Positions 33,483-47,076 of a DNA stretch of 64,000 nucleotides are shown here, piece by piece. The DNA is taken from assembly GCA_025594325.1 (NCBI GenBank), contig JANHCV010000001.1:2294001-2358000 (forward strand), read 5' to 3'. This DNA is from Blastocladiella emersonii ATCC 22665. Taxonomy: Eukaryota; Fungi; Blastocladiomycota. A program made the translations under genes and the position numbers. Positions within the stretch are counted from its first letter, which is position 1. Every line of letters starts with the position of its first letter. The notes beneath the pieces are model-generated. The model was not told where the DNA came from and ran no database searches. It saw nothing but the letters and a program-made list of their open reading frames with translations.

Positions 33483-36400
33483 ATGGGTATCCCCAAGTTC
33501 TTTCGCTGGATCAGGTTCGTGGGATTCGTCGCGTTGCCCGCCCCCACTGCGGCGGTCGCTGACCTGCACCCTCCCTCTCGGCGTGTAGCGAGCGCTATCC
33601 CATGTGCAGTGAGCTCATCACGGAGAGCCGCATCCCCGAGTTCGGTACGCTCTCGCTGTTGCGCGCGCTAAAGCAGGTCTCGCTCAGGACGCTGACCTCG
33701 TCGTCGTGCTGCGCGTATAGACAACCTGTACCTCGACATGAACGGCATCGTGCACAACTGCACCCACCCGAACGACGACGACCCCAACTTCCGGCTGACC
33801 GAGGAGCAGATGTTCCTGGCCATTTTCGAGTACATTGACCACCTGTTCCACAAGATCAAGCCCAAGAAGCTCTTCTACATGGCCATCGACGGCGTCGCGC
33901 CGCGCGCCAAGATGAACCAGCAGCGGTCGCGCCGGTTCCGCAGCGCGCTCGAGTCCGAGTCGCGCGCGCGCCGCGCCGCGCAGTTCGGCGACAGCGACGG
34001 GTCCGACGACAGTAAGGAGCCGCCCTTCGACAGCAACTGCATCACGCCCGGCACGCCGTTCATGAAGCAGCTGTCCAAGCACCTCCAGTACTTTGTGCGC
34101 AAGAAGATGACCGAGGACGCGCAGTGGCAGGGCGTCCAGGTCATCCTGTCGGGCCACGAGGTGCCCGGCGAGGGCGAGCACAAGATCATGGAGTACATCC
34201 GCAACACCAAGGCCACCCCCGAGTACGATCCCAACACGCGCCACTGCCTGTACGGCCTCGACGCCGACCTCATCATGCTCGGCCTCGTCACGCACGAGCC
34301 GCACTTCGCGCTGCTGCGCGAGGAGGTCGTGTTCGGGAAAAAGGACCGCAAGAAGGCCGCCAACGCCGGGCTCGCCGGACAAAACTTCTTCCTCATGCAC
34401 CTCAGCCTGTTCCGCGAGTACCTGTTTCACGAGTTCGAGGCCCTGCGCGACACGATGCGCATCGAGTACGACCCGGAGCGCCTCATCGACGACTTTGTCC
34501 TGCTCTCGCTGTTCGTCGGCAACGACTTTCTGCCGCACCTGCCCAACCTGCACATCAACGAGGGCGCCCTCTCGCTCATGTTCCGCCTGTACAAGGAGGT
34601 CATGGTCGACGCCGACGCCTACATGAACGAGCACGGCCGCATCAACCTGCCCACCCTGCTCACGGTCCTCGCCAAGCTCAGCCTCGTCGAGGAGGAGGCG
34701 TTCCAGTACTTTTACGGCTACGACGAGGACGGCAACGAGGTCGAACCACCCTCCACGGGCAAGCGCGGCGGCGGCCGCGGCAAGAAGTCGGGCCGGTCCG
34801 GCGGCGGCAAGCGCAACGGCGGCGGCGGCGGCGCGCCGCACCACAAGGGGGCCAAGCGCCTCGCCGGCAACCTCAACAACGAGACGCTCCTGCCGAGCGA
34901 GCGCGTCGTCCTCGACACGGTGCTCGGCATGATCGAGTCGCGGGAGCTCACCGTCGACGTGGCGCCCGAGCCCGACGCCGTCCCGTTCCTCGAGAACCTG
35001 TGCTTCAAGCTCAACCTGCACCTGTACCGCGCCGCGCCCGACAACCAGCTGCTCATTGACCTCGACCCGATCGCCGCGTCCGAGCCGTTTGACCCGACGG
35101 CGCCCGTGTTCACGGTGGCGCGGGGCGAGGACGAGGACTTTTCTGACGAGGAGGTCGACGAGCCCCGGCTGCGCGTGCTGCACCAGCTCGCCAAGCGGCC
35201 CGTGGACGCGGGCGACGCGGGCCCGGTCGTCGGCGTCGACAACGGGTACCGCGCCGAGTGGGACAGCTGGAAGACCAACTACTACGTGACCAAGCTCGAG
35301 TTCGACCCGCGCGCGCGCCCCGACGACCTGCAGCAGCTGCTCGGCGAGTACCTGCGCGGGCTGCAGTGGGTGCTGTACTACTACTACGACGGCGTCGCGT
35401 CGTGGGGCTGGTTCTACCCGTACCACTACGCGCCGCACATCACCGATTTCGAGAAGGTGGACCTCGCCCGCATCAGTTTCGACTTCGACTTCGGCACGCC
35501 GTTCCGCCCGTTCGAGCAGCTCATGGGTGTGCTCCCGGCCTTCTCGCGCTCGCACCTGCCCAAGCCGCTGCAGGAGCTCATGATCGACCGCGACTCGCCG
35601 ATCCTCGACTTCTACCCGACCGAGTTCGGGCTCGACATGAACGGCAAGAAGAACGAGTGGGAGGCCATTGTGCAGATCCCCTTCATCGACCAGACGCGCC
35701 TGCTCGACGCCATCAAGACGCGCGAGCACCGGCTCACGCCCGAGGAGGCGGAGCGCAACTCGTTCGGCGACGCGCGCCTGTACGTGTTCGACGACTCGGA
35801 CCCGAAGCGCCAGTTCCCGAGCTCGCTGCCCACCCAGTTCCCGCCCGTGCTCGGCGCCAAGTGCGTCGACACACCGTTCCATCTGCCCAAGCCCGCCCAG
35901 TTCAAGCGCGGGCTCGCCGCCGGCGTCGTCCCCATGGCCGGGTTCCCGAGCCTCAACCTCGTCCCGCACCACGCGACCATCGGCGTCCACGGCGTCCGCG
36001 TGTTCCAGTCCGAGTCGACCAACGAGACGGTCGTCATCAACGTCGACCGCGAGCAGCCCGCCGCCCGCGACGTGGCGGCGCGCGCGCTCGGCCAGCAGGT
36101 GCTCGTCGACTGGCCGTTCCTCCTCGAGGCCAAGGTCGTCGTGGTCGCCGACCGCAACGCCGTGTTCGCGCTCGACCGCAACGGGCAGCCCGACCCGACG
36201 CCGCGCACCTGGGACCCGATCGACAAGTCCGAGTGGTCGCAGACGGCGCGCGGGTACGCGCGGTTCCGGTCGCAGCGGTTCGGCGTGGTGCTCGACGAGG
36301 TCGAGGTCATGGTCGGCGTGCACCTCGTGTCGGCCATGGAGCGCACGCTCGACGGGCGCACGCTGCGCGCGTACGCGCCCGAGCTCCGGTGGTTCCCGTG

Positions 36401-38994
36401 GCAGGTGGTCCTCGAGACGGCCGAGATCGGGTACGTCGACCCGCGGTTCAAGGAGCAGCCCGCGCTCCCGCTGCCCGTCGAGTTCCCCAACAACACGCGC
36501 GTCTTCTACCTCGGGCCCAAGCTGTACGGTGCGCCCGGCCAGGTCGTCGCCGCCCACACGGCCCGCGGCGAGCTCGACTGCCGCCTCATGGTCGACGCGG
36601 CGCTGCACGAGCGCATCGGCCGCGAAGTCGTCAACGCCACGCGCAACGCGCTCGTCTACGTGCCCGCGTTCCGCGCGGCCAAGATGCTGCAGATGAGCGG
36701 GCTCGCGCTCAGCCGGCTCACGTCGTCGCTGCACGTGGTCATGACCACGGTCGGCAGCGGCGACTCGCGGTGGAACCTCGGCCTGCAGATGAAGTTTGAC
36801 GGCAAGGGCCTCAAGATCCTCGGGTACACGCGCAAGACGGCGCAGGGCGGGTGGGAGTACAGCCGCCAGGCCATGGACCTGATCGCGGCCTTCTGCCAAC
36901 AGTTCCCCGATTTCGTCGAGCGGCTCGAGTGCGGGCCCGCCGACAACAACAAGTCGGGCCTGTTCCGCGACACCGACTTCTTCCCGCCCGAGTACGCGGC
37001 CGACGAGCTCAAAGCGGTGCGCGACTGGATCCGCGAGTCGCCTGTGGCCGCCTTCGACCAGGTGCACCTCGACGCCGAGGCCATGACCAAGGACCAGGTC
37101 CAGCTGCTCGAGCAGCGGCTCCAGCAGCGCGAGCAGGCCGGCCGCCCCGCCATGAAGCTCGATTTCGTCAAGGGCATCCCGCCCGCCATGGTCCTCAAGC
37201 CCGAGTTTGCCGCGCTCGTTCTCAAGAACCAGGCGTTTGCCCTCGGCGACCGCGTCGTCAGCGTCGCCGACCGCGGCAAGGCTCCGCTGTGCGCGTTCGG
37301 CTACGTCGTCGGTGTCGACCACGAGATGATCGAGGTCATCTTTGATCTGACCTTCATGGGCGGTAACACGCTCGGCAAGCGGTACGTGGTGCTGCGCACA
37401 TGCTGCGATTGTCCTTCGACTGACTGTGTCTCGCCCGTGAATCTGCAGATGCAACGAAGCGCGCGGCCTGATCGTCAAGGCGCACGAGCTGCTCAACCTC
37501 AGCAACCCGCAGGGCTTGCTGCCGTGGATGCAGCAGCGCGCGCCGCCCGCCAACGCCGCCGCCGAGGTCACGCTCGCCCCGGCGCCCGCCGTCAACGCGT
37601 GGAACGCGCGCCGCCCGGACCACCACCACCACCAGGGCCGCAACCACTCCAACTCGCCGTCCAAGCCCCGCCGCGAGCAGAACGCGACCCCGCGCGCGCC
37701 CGCTCCCGCTGCGGCGGCCGAAAACCGCCCGGTCCAGATCATGCCGCGCACCGCCGGCGGGTGGGTCCCGGTCCCCGGCCTCGTCCCGCAGCAGCCGCCG
37801 GCGCAGCAGCAGCCGCCGGCGCAGCAGCAGCCGGCCGCGCCGAAACCGGTTCAGCAGCAGCAGAAGCCGAAGCAGCAGCCGCAGTCGGCTCCCGCTCCCG
37901 CCGCTGCCGCCCCCGTGGCCGCGTCCGAGGGCGCTGACGGCGAGGCGGCGGCCAAGCGCAAGCGTAACCGTAAGCGCAAGGAGAAGCAGCCCGCTGATCC
38001 CGCTACCGCTGCTGCCGCCGCGCCGGCCGATGCCCCGGCCGCGCAGGTCGTTCCGGTCGGGTCGCAGCCGAAGCCGCGCAACGCCAACGCCGCCGGCGCG
38101 CAGCAGCAGCAGCCTGATGCGCCCAAGGCCGCGAAGCCGAAGAAGGCCAAGCAGCCCAAGGCTGCGCCCGCGCCCGCCGTCAACCTCGACACTGTGCCCG
38201 CGCCGCCGCCGCCGACCGGCGAGACCGCCACCGCGGCCCCCGTGCCCGCCGCCATGGTCCCCGGTCCCGGCCAGCAGCCGTTCATGCCGCCGCCGCAGTT
38301 CGGCATGTACCCGATGATGCCCGGCATGCCGTACCCGCCGCCGTACATGATGCCCGGGATGCCGCCCGGCATGGTCCCCGGCCCGGGCGGGTACCCCGTG
38401 CCGATGCCGTTCCCAATGGGCATGTCGCCGGGTGTCGTCCACGGCGGGTTCCGCCCACCGATGCCGGTCCCGCTCCCCGCTGGCGTCGCGCCGCCGGGTC
38501 TCAACCCGGCTCCCGCTACGGCGCCGGCGCCTGCCAAGCAAAAGAACCTTGCCGAGATTGAGTCAAACCTCAAGGACCTGGTCCTCGGCGGCGGCGACTC
38601 GGCTGCTGCCGCTCCCGCTGCCGGCGCGCAGTCGGACGAGCAGCAGGCGCAGTCGCAGCAGCACGGCGAGCGCAGCGGCCGTGGTGGTCGTGGTGGTCGC
38701 GGCGGAAGTCGCGGTCGCGGTGGCCGCGGCGGTGCGGGTCCCAGCAACCCGATCCCGCGCGCGCAGCAGCAGCAAGGCCAACAGCCGGCTGCCGCGGCCC
38801 CCGCGGGTGCGCCCTCGACCATGCCCGTGCCACGCGACGCCGGCGCCTCGACGCGCAAGTCGCTCGCGCCGCAGACGCAGCCCGGTCGCCGCCGCAAGGT
38901 CGTGCAGGCGAACGCGGGCGGCGCGAAGGCGGGCGAGGCTCCCACTCCAGCTCCGGCCCCGGCCGCGGGCGAGAAGCCGTCGTCGGCCGAGTAA
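33483..38994 (+). CDS. XRN1: 5'-3' exoribonuclease Xrn1 with long disordered C-terminal tail
   Basis: MGIPKFFRWIS|ERYP, DNLYLDMNGIVHNCTH, MAIDGVAPRAKMNQQRSRRF, FDSNCITPGT, PGEGEHKIM, YGLDADLIML, GNDFLPHLP, SWGWFYPYHYAP, FRPFEQLMGVLP. Intron 37382-37448 joins the C-terminal exon. Confidence 0.96.
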
Positions 38995-39677
38995 GTAGCG
39001 TTGAGTTGAGAGAGATATTTTGTTGTTCCGCATTTCCTATACACACACGCGTTGATTTTGGGGAAAACAAGTTCTGCGGGGCGAGCGAGCGAGAGAAAAA
39101 AGTGCGAGACAAGCGGCGCGACGCGTCTCAAGTTGCGCGCGTGGGATCCACGTGTGACGCGCGACGCGTCGCGGTTCGACGCGACATGACGCACGATGCG
39201 CTCTGCCGCCCGCACGGCTCGGCCCGCTTTCGTTTCGTCTCGCACCCGCGCACCCGCGCACCCGTGCGCGCACGCCCGCGAGTCCTTTGGCGTGTCGCCC
39301 GCCCCCAGGTGCCCGACCCGCCCGCTGCGCCGCGACCGCTCGCACATGAGTGGAACAATGCACCACCACGCATCGTGAGCACCCGTCGTCGTCGCGACTT
39401 ATTCCCCGCACACACCGACGCTTGCTGCAAAGCACCCACCACGACCGCACGCGGACTGATCGCACTCGCGAGCTGCTGCTGCCCCTGATCGCAGCCACTG
39501 CTGCGCAGCTCTCGCGCCCCGAATCTCTACATCACTCAAATGTAACTACTACGCGACCGAGGTCGGCACGGAGTGTTCGGATCGGTTGACATGCTCGCTC
39601 GCTCGCTGACGACATCTAGCTATACTCTACTCCTGCTCCCCGTACCTCGAACCCCCGTGAACGGCTCGGCAGCAACC

Positions 39678-42031
<2,354 letters not shown>

Positions 42032-42142
42032 TGACTGTGGGGCGGTTGTTGTTGGCGATACTATTGTTGTTTGCGTTGGATTGATTCTCTTCCTTGCTAC
42101 CCCTCTCTCTCCCCTTCTGCATCGAAAGGAACGTGATCGTAT

Positions 42143-44765
42143 TCAGAACCGACGCGGCCGCGGCCCGAGCGTCCCGCCACGCTGCAGCTTGGTGTGCGAC
42201 AACACCGTCTGCAGCTGGCGATACGCCTCGTGGATGTGCAGGACCTGGAGCGGCGTGCGCGTGAGCTTGGTGCCCGCGGGTCGCCCGAAATGCCGCGAGC
42301 CATCGGGGAACAGTCCGCCGGGCGGCGGGACGCCCGACCCGACGAGCCCGACGGACGCGCTGCTCGTGAACCCCGCCGGCAGCGAGGTCGCGGGCGCAGC
42401 CGCGGACGGGAGCGTGAGGTGCGTGAAGGGCGACGCGCCGTACGCGCTGCCGCCGCCGCCGATGCCGGCGAACGGCGGCGGCATGGCGACCTGGCTGAGC
42501 ATCGAGGCCGCGCGCGAGTGCGGGCCGGGCGACGCGGCGGGACCCGCCGGCGACGACATGCTGAGAGGGTGCCGCGGCGACGCGGCGGACGGCGTGGGGA
42601 CGACCGACGACGAGGGCATGCGGGCCGGCGAGGAGGACCGCGGGAACGGGGACGTCGAGGCGGGCGTGGATCCAGCGGCGGCGGCCGCGGCGGCGACGGC
42701 AGCCTTGGCCTTGTCCTTTTTCGCCTTGGTCGCCGGCGAGTCCACGTCCATCGGGTCGGGCGACGGTTTCGCCGAGGACTCTCGGGCGTTTGCAGCTGCA
42801 GCGGCAGCTGCTGCGGCGGCCGCCGCGACCTTGGCCTTGGCCGCCTTGCCCTTGAGCTCCTTGGCCGGCTTCGCGGCTGCTGCTGCTTCTTCTGCATCCC
42901 CGCCCGAAGCTGCTTGTTGCGCGGCGCGCTCCTCCTTTTCCTTGGCCTCCTTGGCGGCGCGCGCCGCGACCTCGCGGGCCTCGCGCTCGCGGGCGGCCTT
43001 GGTCTTGGGCCGGTTCGCCGCCGGTGGCGGTGGTGCTGCAGCCGTGTCCTCGGCGGACGTGGTGGCGGTGTCGGCGTTCTTGGCCTCGGCAGCCTCTTTG
43101 GCGGCAGCCTCGCGGGCCTCGCGCTCGCGCGCCGCCTTGGTCTTGCCCTTGGTCGCTGGCTTGTCCTTGGCAGCGGAGGCAGCGGTCGACTTTTTCGCGG
43201 TTGTGGATGATGCGGTCGCCGACTTGGAGTCGGACTCGGCGTCGTCGGCCGCCGCGGAAGCTGCAGCTGTCTTGGCGGCCTTGCCCTTGGGCTTCTCGGC
43301 CGACTTTTCTTCCTTGACCGTGGCCGACGGCTCCGGCTTGGGCGTCTCCTTCTTGACACTGGCGGTCGCGGTCGCGGCCGAGTCGGCGGATTTGGCGGTG
43401 GTATCCGCCGCGGCCGACTTGTCGCGGGCCGAGTCCTTGCTACTGCCCTTGGCCGGTGCTGTCGCCGATCCTGCCGCGTCTTTGGCGGGCTTGCCAAAGC
43501 TCGAGGGGACCGAGGTCAGCGGCGCGGTGATGGACGTGCCCGCGGCGGTCCGCTTGACGGAGGGCGACGCGACGAGCGACGACGGCAGGCTCGCGGTCCC
43601 CGTACGTGCCGCGCCGCCAAACGACGCGAGTGCAGGACCGCCTCGGCTGTACGCCGCGGGCACGGGCGAGTTGGCGACGATGCCGGGTGGTAGGACGGGC
43701 TGCAGGCCGCGGAGCATGCGGGCGCGTTCAGCGGCGGCGTTGGTGCGCTGGGCCTGGGCCTGGGCGGCGAGGAGCTGCTGCTGCACGGCGTGGGCGTGGA
43801 AGACGTCGGTGGTCTGGCGCTTGACCTGGAGGGCGGCCTCGGTGAGGACGCGGACCATCTCGTAGCACAGGAAGCCGACGACGTCAATGATGTCGTCGCT
43901 CGGCTTCACGTCGATGAAGGACGACATGTGCGTCCACTCGCGGAACCGCTTGGCCTTGCGGTGGGTGAAGGAGGCGGTCTTGCACTCGGAGTAGATCATG
44001 TACTCGGCCTGCGTCATGTTGCGCGTGATCTCGTCGGCGGCCTGCAGGGCGGGGTGACGCGTGAGAGTGGGACTCGAGGTTCGCAGGGATAGAGCGTACC
44101 TTGAGCCGAGTAATGGACTCGCGGTAGGCCTCAATGTCCTCCTCGTCCTCGTCCGACGAGTCGTCCTCGAGGTGGTCCGTGAACTCCTTGACGTACTCCC
44201 ACATGAACTTGACGCGCTTCTTGGACCGGCCGCCAGCCTCTACGCGAGCGGGGCCGAGTCAGCGGGCGTGTTCTATGACGGCGACGCGCTCACGACGCAC
44301 CGTGCGCGTCCTCGTCGGCGAGCTCCGTGTCGGCCTGGTCCTCGCGGACGTTCTTGCGCAGGTCCTTCCACCCGAGGTAGTCCTTGAGGCGGTTGACCTT
44401 GGCGCGGTCGTGGCGGATGAGGAACACGACGTCGTCGACGGATATGGACTTGGACCCGCGCTTCCGCGCCACGGCTGCCGACTTGGCCATCTTTCGAGGG
44501 GCAGGAAACCGTCAAGCTCGGTTCCTCGGCGCGTAGGGCGAGCGAGCAGGTCGTACCATTTCCATGGTGTGCCGCTGCACAATCTCTTCGACCAGCATGG
44601 TGACCTCGGGCAGCACGTCCTGGACCTCGCCAAAGACATACATCATCTGCTGGATTTCGGATTGGTATCTGACAAAGGGGCAAGTCGGGCGATGAGCCAC
44701 AGGAGCGCGGCTGGACGGCGCGGCGAAGCAGCAGCGGACCGGTATCGCTTGTCGTCGCCCGTCAT
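42143..44765 (-). CDS. SPT3: SAGA complex histone-fold subunit Spt3 with large internal insertion
   Basis: YQSEIQQMMYVFGE, DVVFLIRHDRAKVNRLKDYLGWKDLRKN, ADEITRNMTQAEY..SECKTASFT.RKAKRFREW, KPSDDIIDVVGFLCYE, HIHEAYRQLQ, all matching yeast Spt3. About four introns at the 5' end. Confidence 0.93.
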
Positions 44766-44780
44766 GGTCGGTTCATGCAC

Positions 44781-44791
44781 GTTGCATCAAG
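44781..44791 (-). promoter_or_regulatory. Candidate promoter motif CTTGATGCAAC just upstream of SPT3
   Basis: Plus strand GTTGCATCAAG, 15 nt upstream of the SPT3 ATG. Confidence 0.45.
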
Positions 44792-45061
44792 AGGTTTCAT
44801 AAGCTGACTGCGGGATGGTTGAGGAACGCGGGGAGAGTGAGGGAGAGGCCGGCGTGGCGAAGCAGGTCGTCGCTGGCCGCGGGAGCGCGGTCGTCGCGAC
44901 GCGCCTCCTTCCCTCCTCTCTTCTCTGCCGACGTTGCTGCACCGTCAGAACACGAAGCTCATGGAATGCACTTGGTGCACAGACTGCATGGAGACTAGCT
45001 AGAGCCGCGACCCACGCTTCCTTCCACTCGCCGGGGTCGCTTGCACGACCATCAACTACTC

Positions 45062-47021
45062 ATGGTGCCACCGCGACGTCACAGCGGGAGCCGCACGCTC
45101 GCATCCGCCGCTGCGTCATCCGAGGAGATTGCAGGGTCCAACTCGACGCTGATCGCGCCGACTGTCGCGTCGTCCACGGCAGCGATGCACCGCGCACCGT
45201 CGTCGTCGCAGACCTCGGCCCGCCGCGTCACGTTCAGCGTGCGCGAGGGCCGGCTGGCCCATCGCTCGTCGACTGCCGAGACGTCGCTCAGCTTCGCCAA
45301 TGAGCAGCTGACTGAGCTACCCGAGGAGCTCGCGGGGTATCGGCATCCGGGCTCTGTCAAGTCGCTCGACCTGTCCAAGAACCGTACGCTTGACACTACA
45401 CGGCGCCTTTGGAGCCAGGCTCACGCCGTCGCGCCGTCATAGGACTCGAGTCCGTCCCGCTCGAATGGGCCAAGTTCTCGTCGCTGCGCCGCCTGAACCT
45501 GTACGACACTCTGGCGTAGCTCGGTTGTAGCAGCGTCTCACGCCCTCTTCCCTGCGTAGATCGCACAACAAGCTCACAACCGTCCCCGCCGCCATCCCCG
45601 CTTGCCCATCGCTCGTTTGGTTGGACCTGTCCGGCAACCCGCTGGCCTCGCTTCCCCACTCAATCGGCCGGCTGCACCAGCTCCGCGGTCTCGGCCTCGG
45701 CGCGTGCACGCTCCGCGCGCTTCCGGAGACCCTGTTCGACTTCGTGAACCTGTCGCAGCTGTCGCTCTACTCGAACAAGCTCGAGTCGCTGTCGCCGGCC
45801 ATTGGCGCGCTCACGAAGCTGACGCGCCTCGATCTCAGCGGGAACCGGCTCAGCATACTGCCGGATGAAGTACGCGATTTTCTGGTAAATCTTGCACAGC
45901 AGCGACCCGCGCTGACCTTGCCTGCTTCTCCAGTAGATCGGCGCCCTTGCGAGTCTCGAGTGGTTGAACTTGAGGTACGAACACGCCCTCGCTCTCGGTA
46001 ACTTCGCATGACCTGACCGCGTCCCTGTAGCGCCAACCGGCTTCGTACGCTGCCCGAGACCATGACCGAGCTTTCGCGACTCAAGGAGCTCGGCGTCGGC
46101 GACAACGCGCTTCAAGAGCTGCCCGACCTGTCAGGCCTTCGACAGCTGGTACGAGACATCGCGTCCGCGCGACGAGCGCAATCTGACGCGCGTTCCTTCG
46201 CGTGTAGGTCAAGCTCATTGCGTTCAAGTACGTGATCAGCTGTGCTATGATGACCGCTCTGTCTGCTCACCATCTCGCGTCGACGCAGGAACGAGCTCGT
46301 TACCGTGGACGCGCTCGCCGACCTGGCCGCGCTCGAGCACCTCGACCTGTCGCGCAACCACCTCGCGCGGCTGCCGTCCAACATCTTCACGCTGCCGCGC
46401 CTCAGCACGCTGCTCGTCCAGCACAACCAGCTCACGTCGCTGCCGTCACAGTTCACGTTCGCGCGCCCGCGTCGCGCCGGCGGCGGGACCACGGCCCGCG
46501 ATCCTCCCACCGCCGACCGCGTCGTGTGCGCCCTGGCCACGCTCGACGTGAGCGGCAACCCGCTGACCTCTCTCCCGTGGCCGCTCGCCGCGCACCACCC
46601 GTGGACGTCGCTGCGCGTGTACAGCACGGCGCTCTCAAGCACCACCGCGCCGCTCGGCCAGCGGCGTCCGTCGCGCGCGCCGCGCCTGCTCACGCTGGCC
46701 GCGAACGCGGTCCTCGCGTCGCAGCCCATGTACCGCGTGCCCGAGATGCTGCACCCGGACCACACGCCCGTCTCGGCGCGCGTGCTCGCGGTGCTGGCGC
46801 GCGCGCGGCGGTGTGACGAGTGCTGGACGCCGTTTGTCACGGACGCGGATGCGGCGGCTGTGCTTGGCGAGGAGGCGGACGGTGAGTGGTACGGCGCCGT
46901 GGCGCTCGCGCAGGTGCACGACCACGGCGAGCTGCCGTGCGCGTACCAGTTCTGCGGCCGAGCGTGTACTGCGCGGTGGCGGGTGCCGGCCGCGGTCGGA
47001 GGTGGTGGTGGGCGGCCGTGA
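45062..47021 (+). CDS. Leucine-rich-repeat protein with C-terminal BC-box-like and Cys-cluster domain (LRRC58/LRRC28-like)
   Basis: Repeated LxxLxLxxNxL units (LDLSGNPLASLP, LSLYSNKLESL, LDLSRNHLARLP) across several short introns. C-terminus PRLLTLAANAV..ARRCDEC..LPCAYQFCGRAC. Confidence 0.8.
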
Positions 47022-47076
47022 TGGATGTCAATGGAATCCGTGTATTAAATTACTTTTCACGCGTTCTCCTCGTCTA

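Noticed and set aside
33684-37751. 1355-aa antisense ORF opposite XRN1, and similar long antisense or alternate-frame ORFs (2999-4651, 6638-8239, 9834-11972, 24780-27317, 42081-43865, 56286-58181)
   Set aside because: These are shadows of strong GC3 codon bias, which depletes stops on the opposite strand. They have no recognisable motifs and coincide with well-supported genes.
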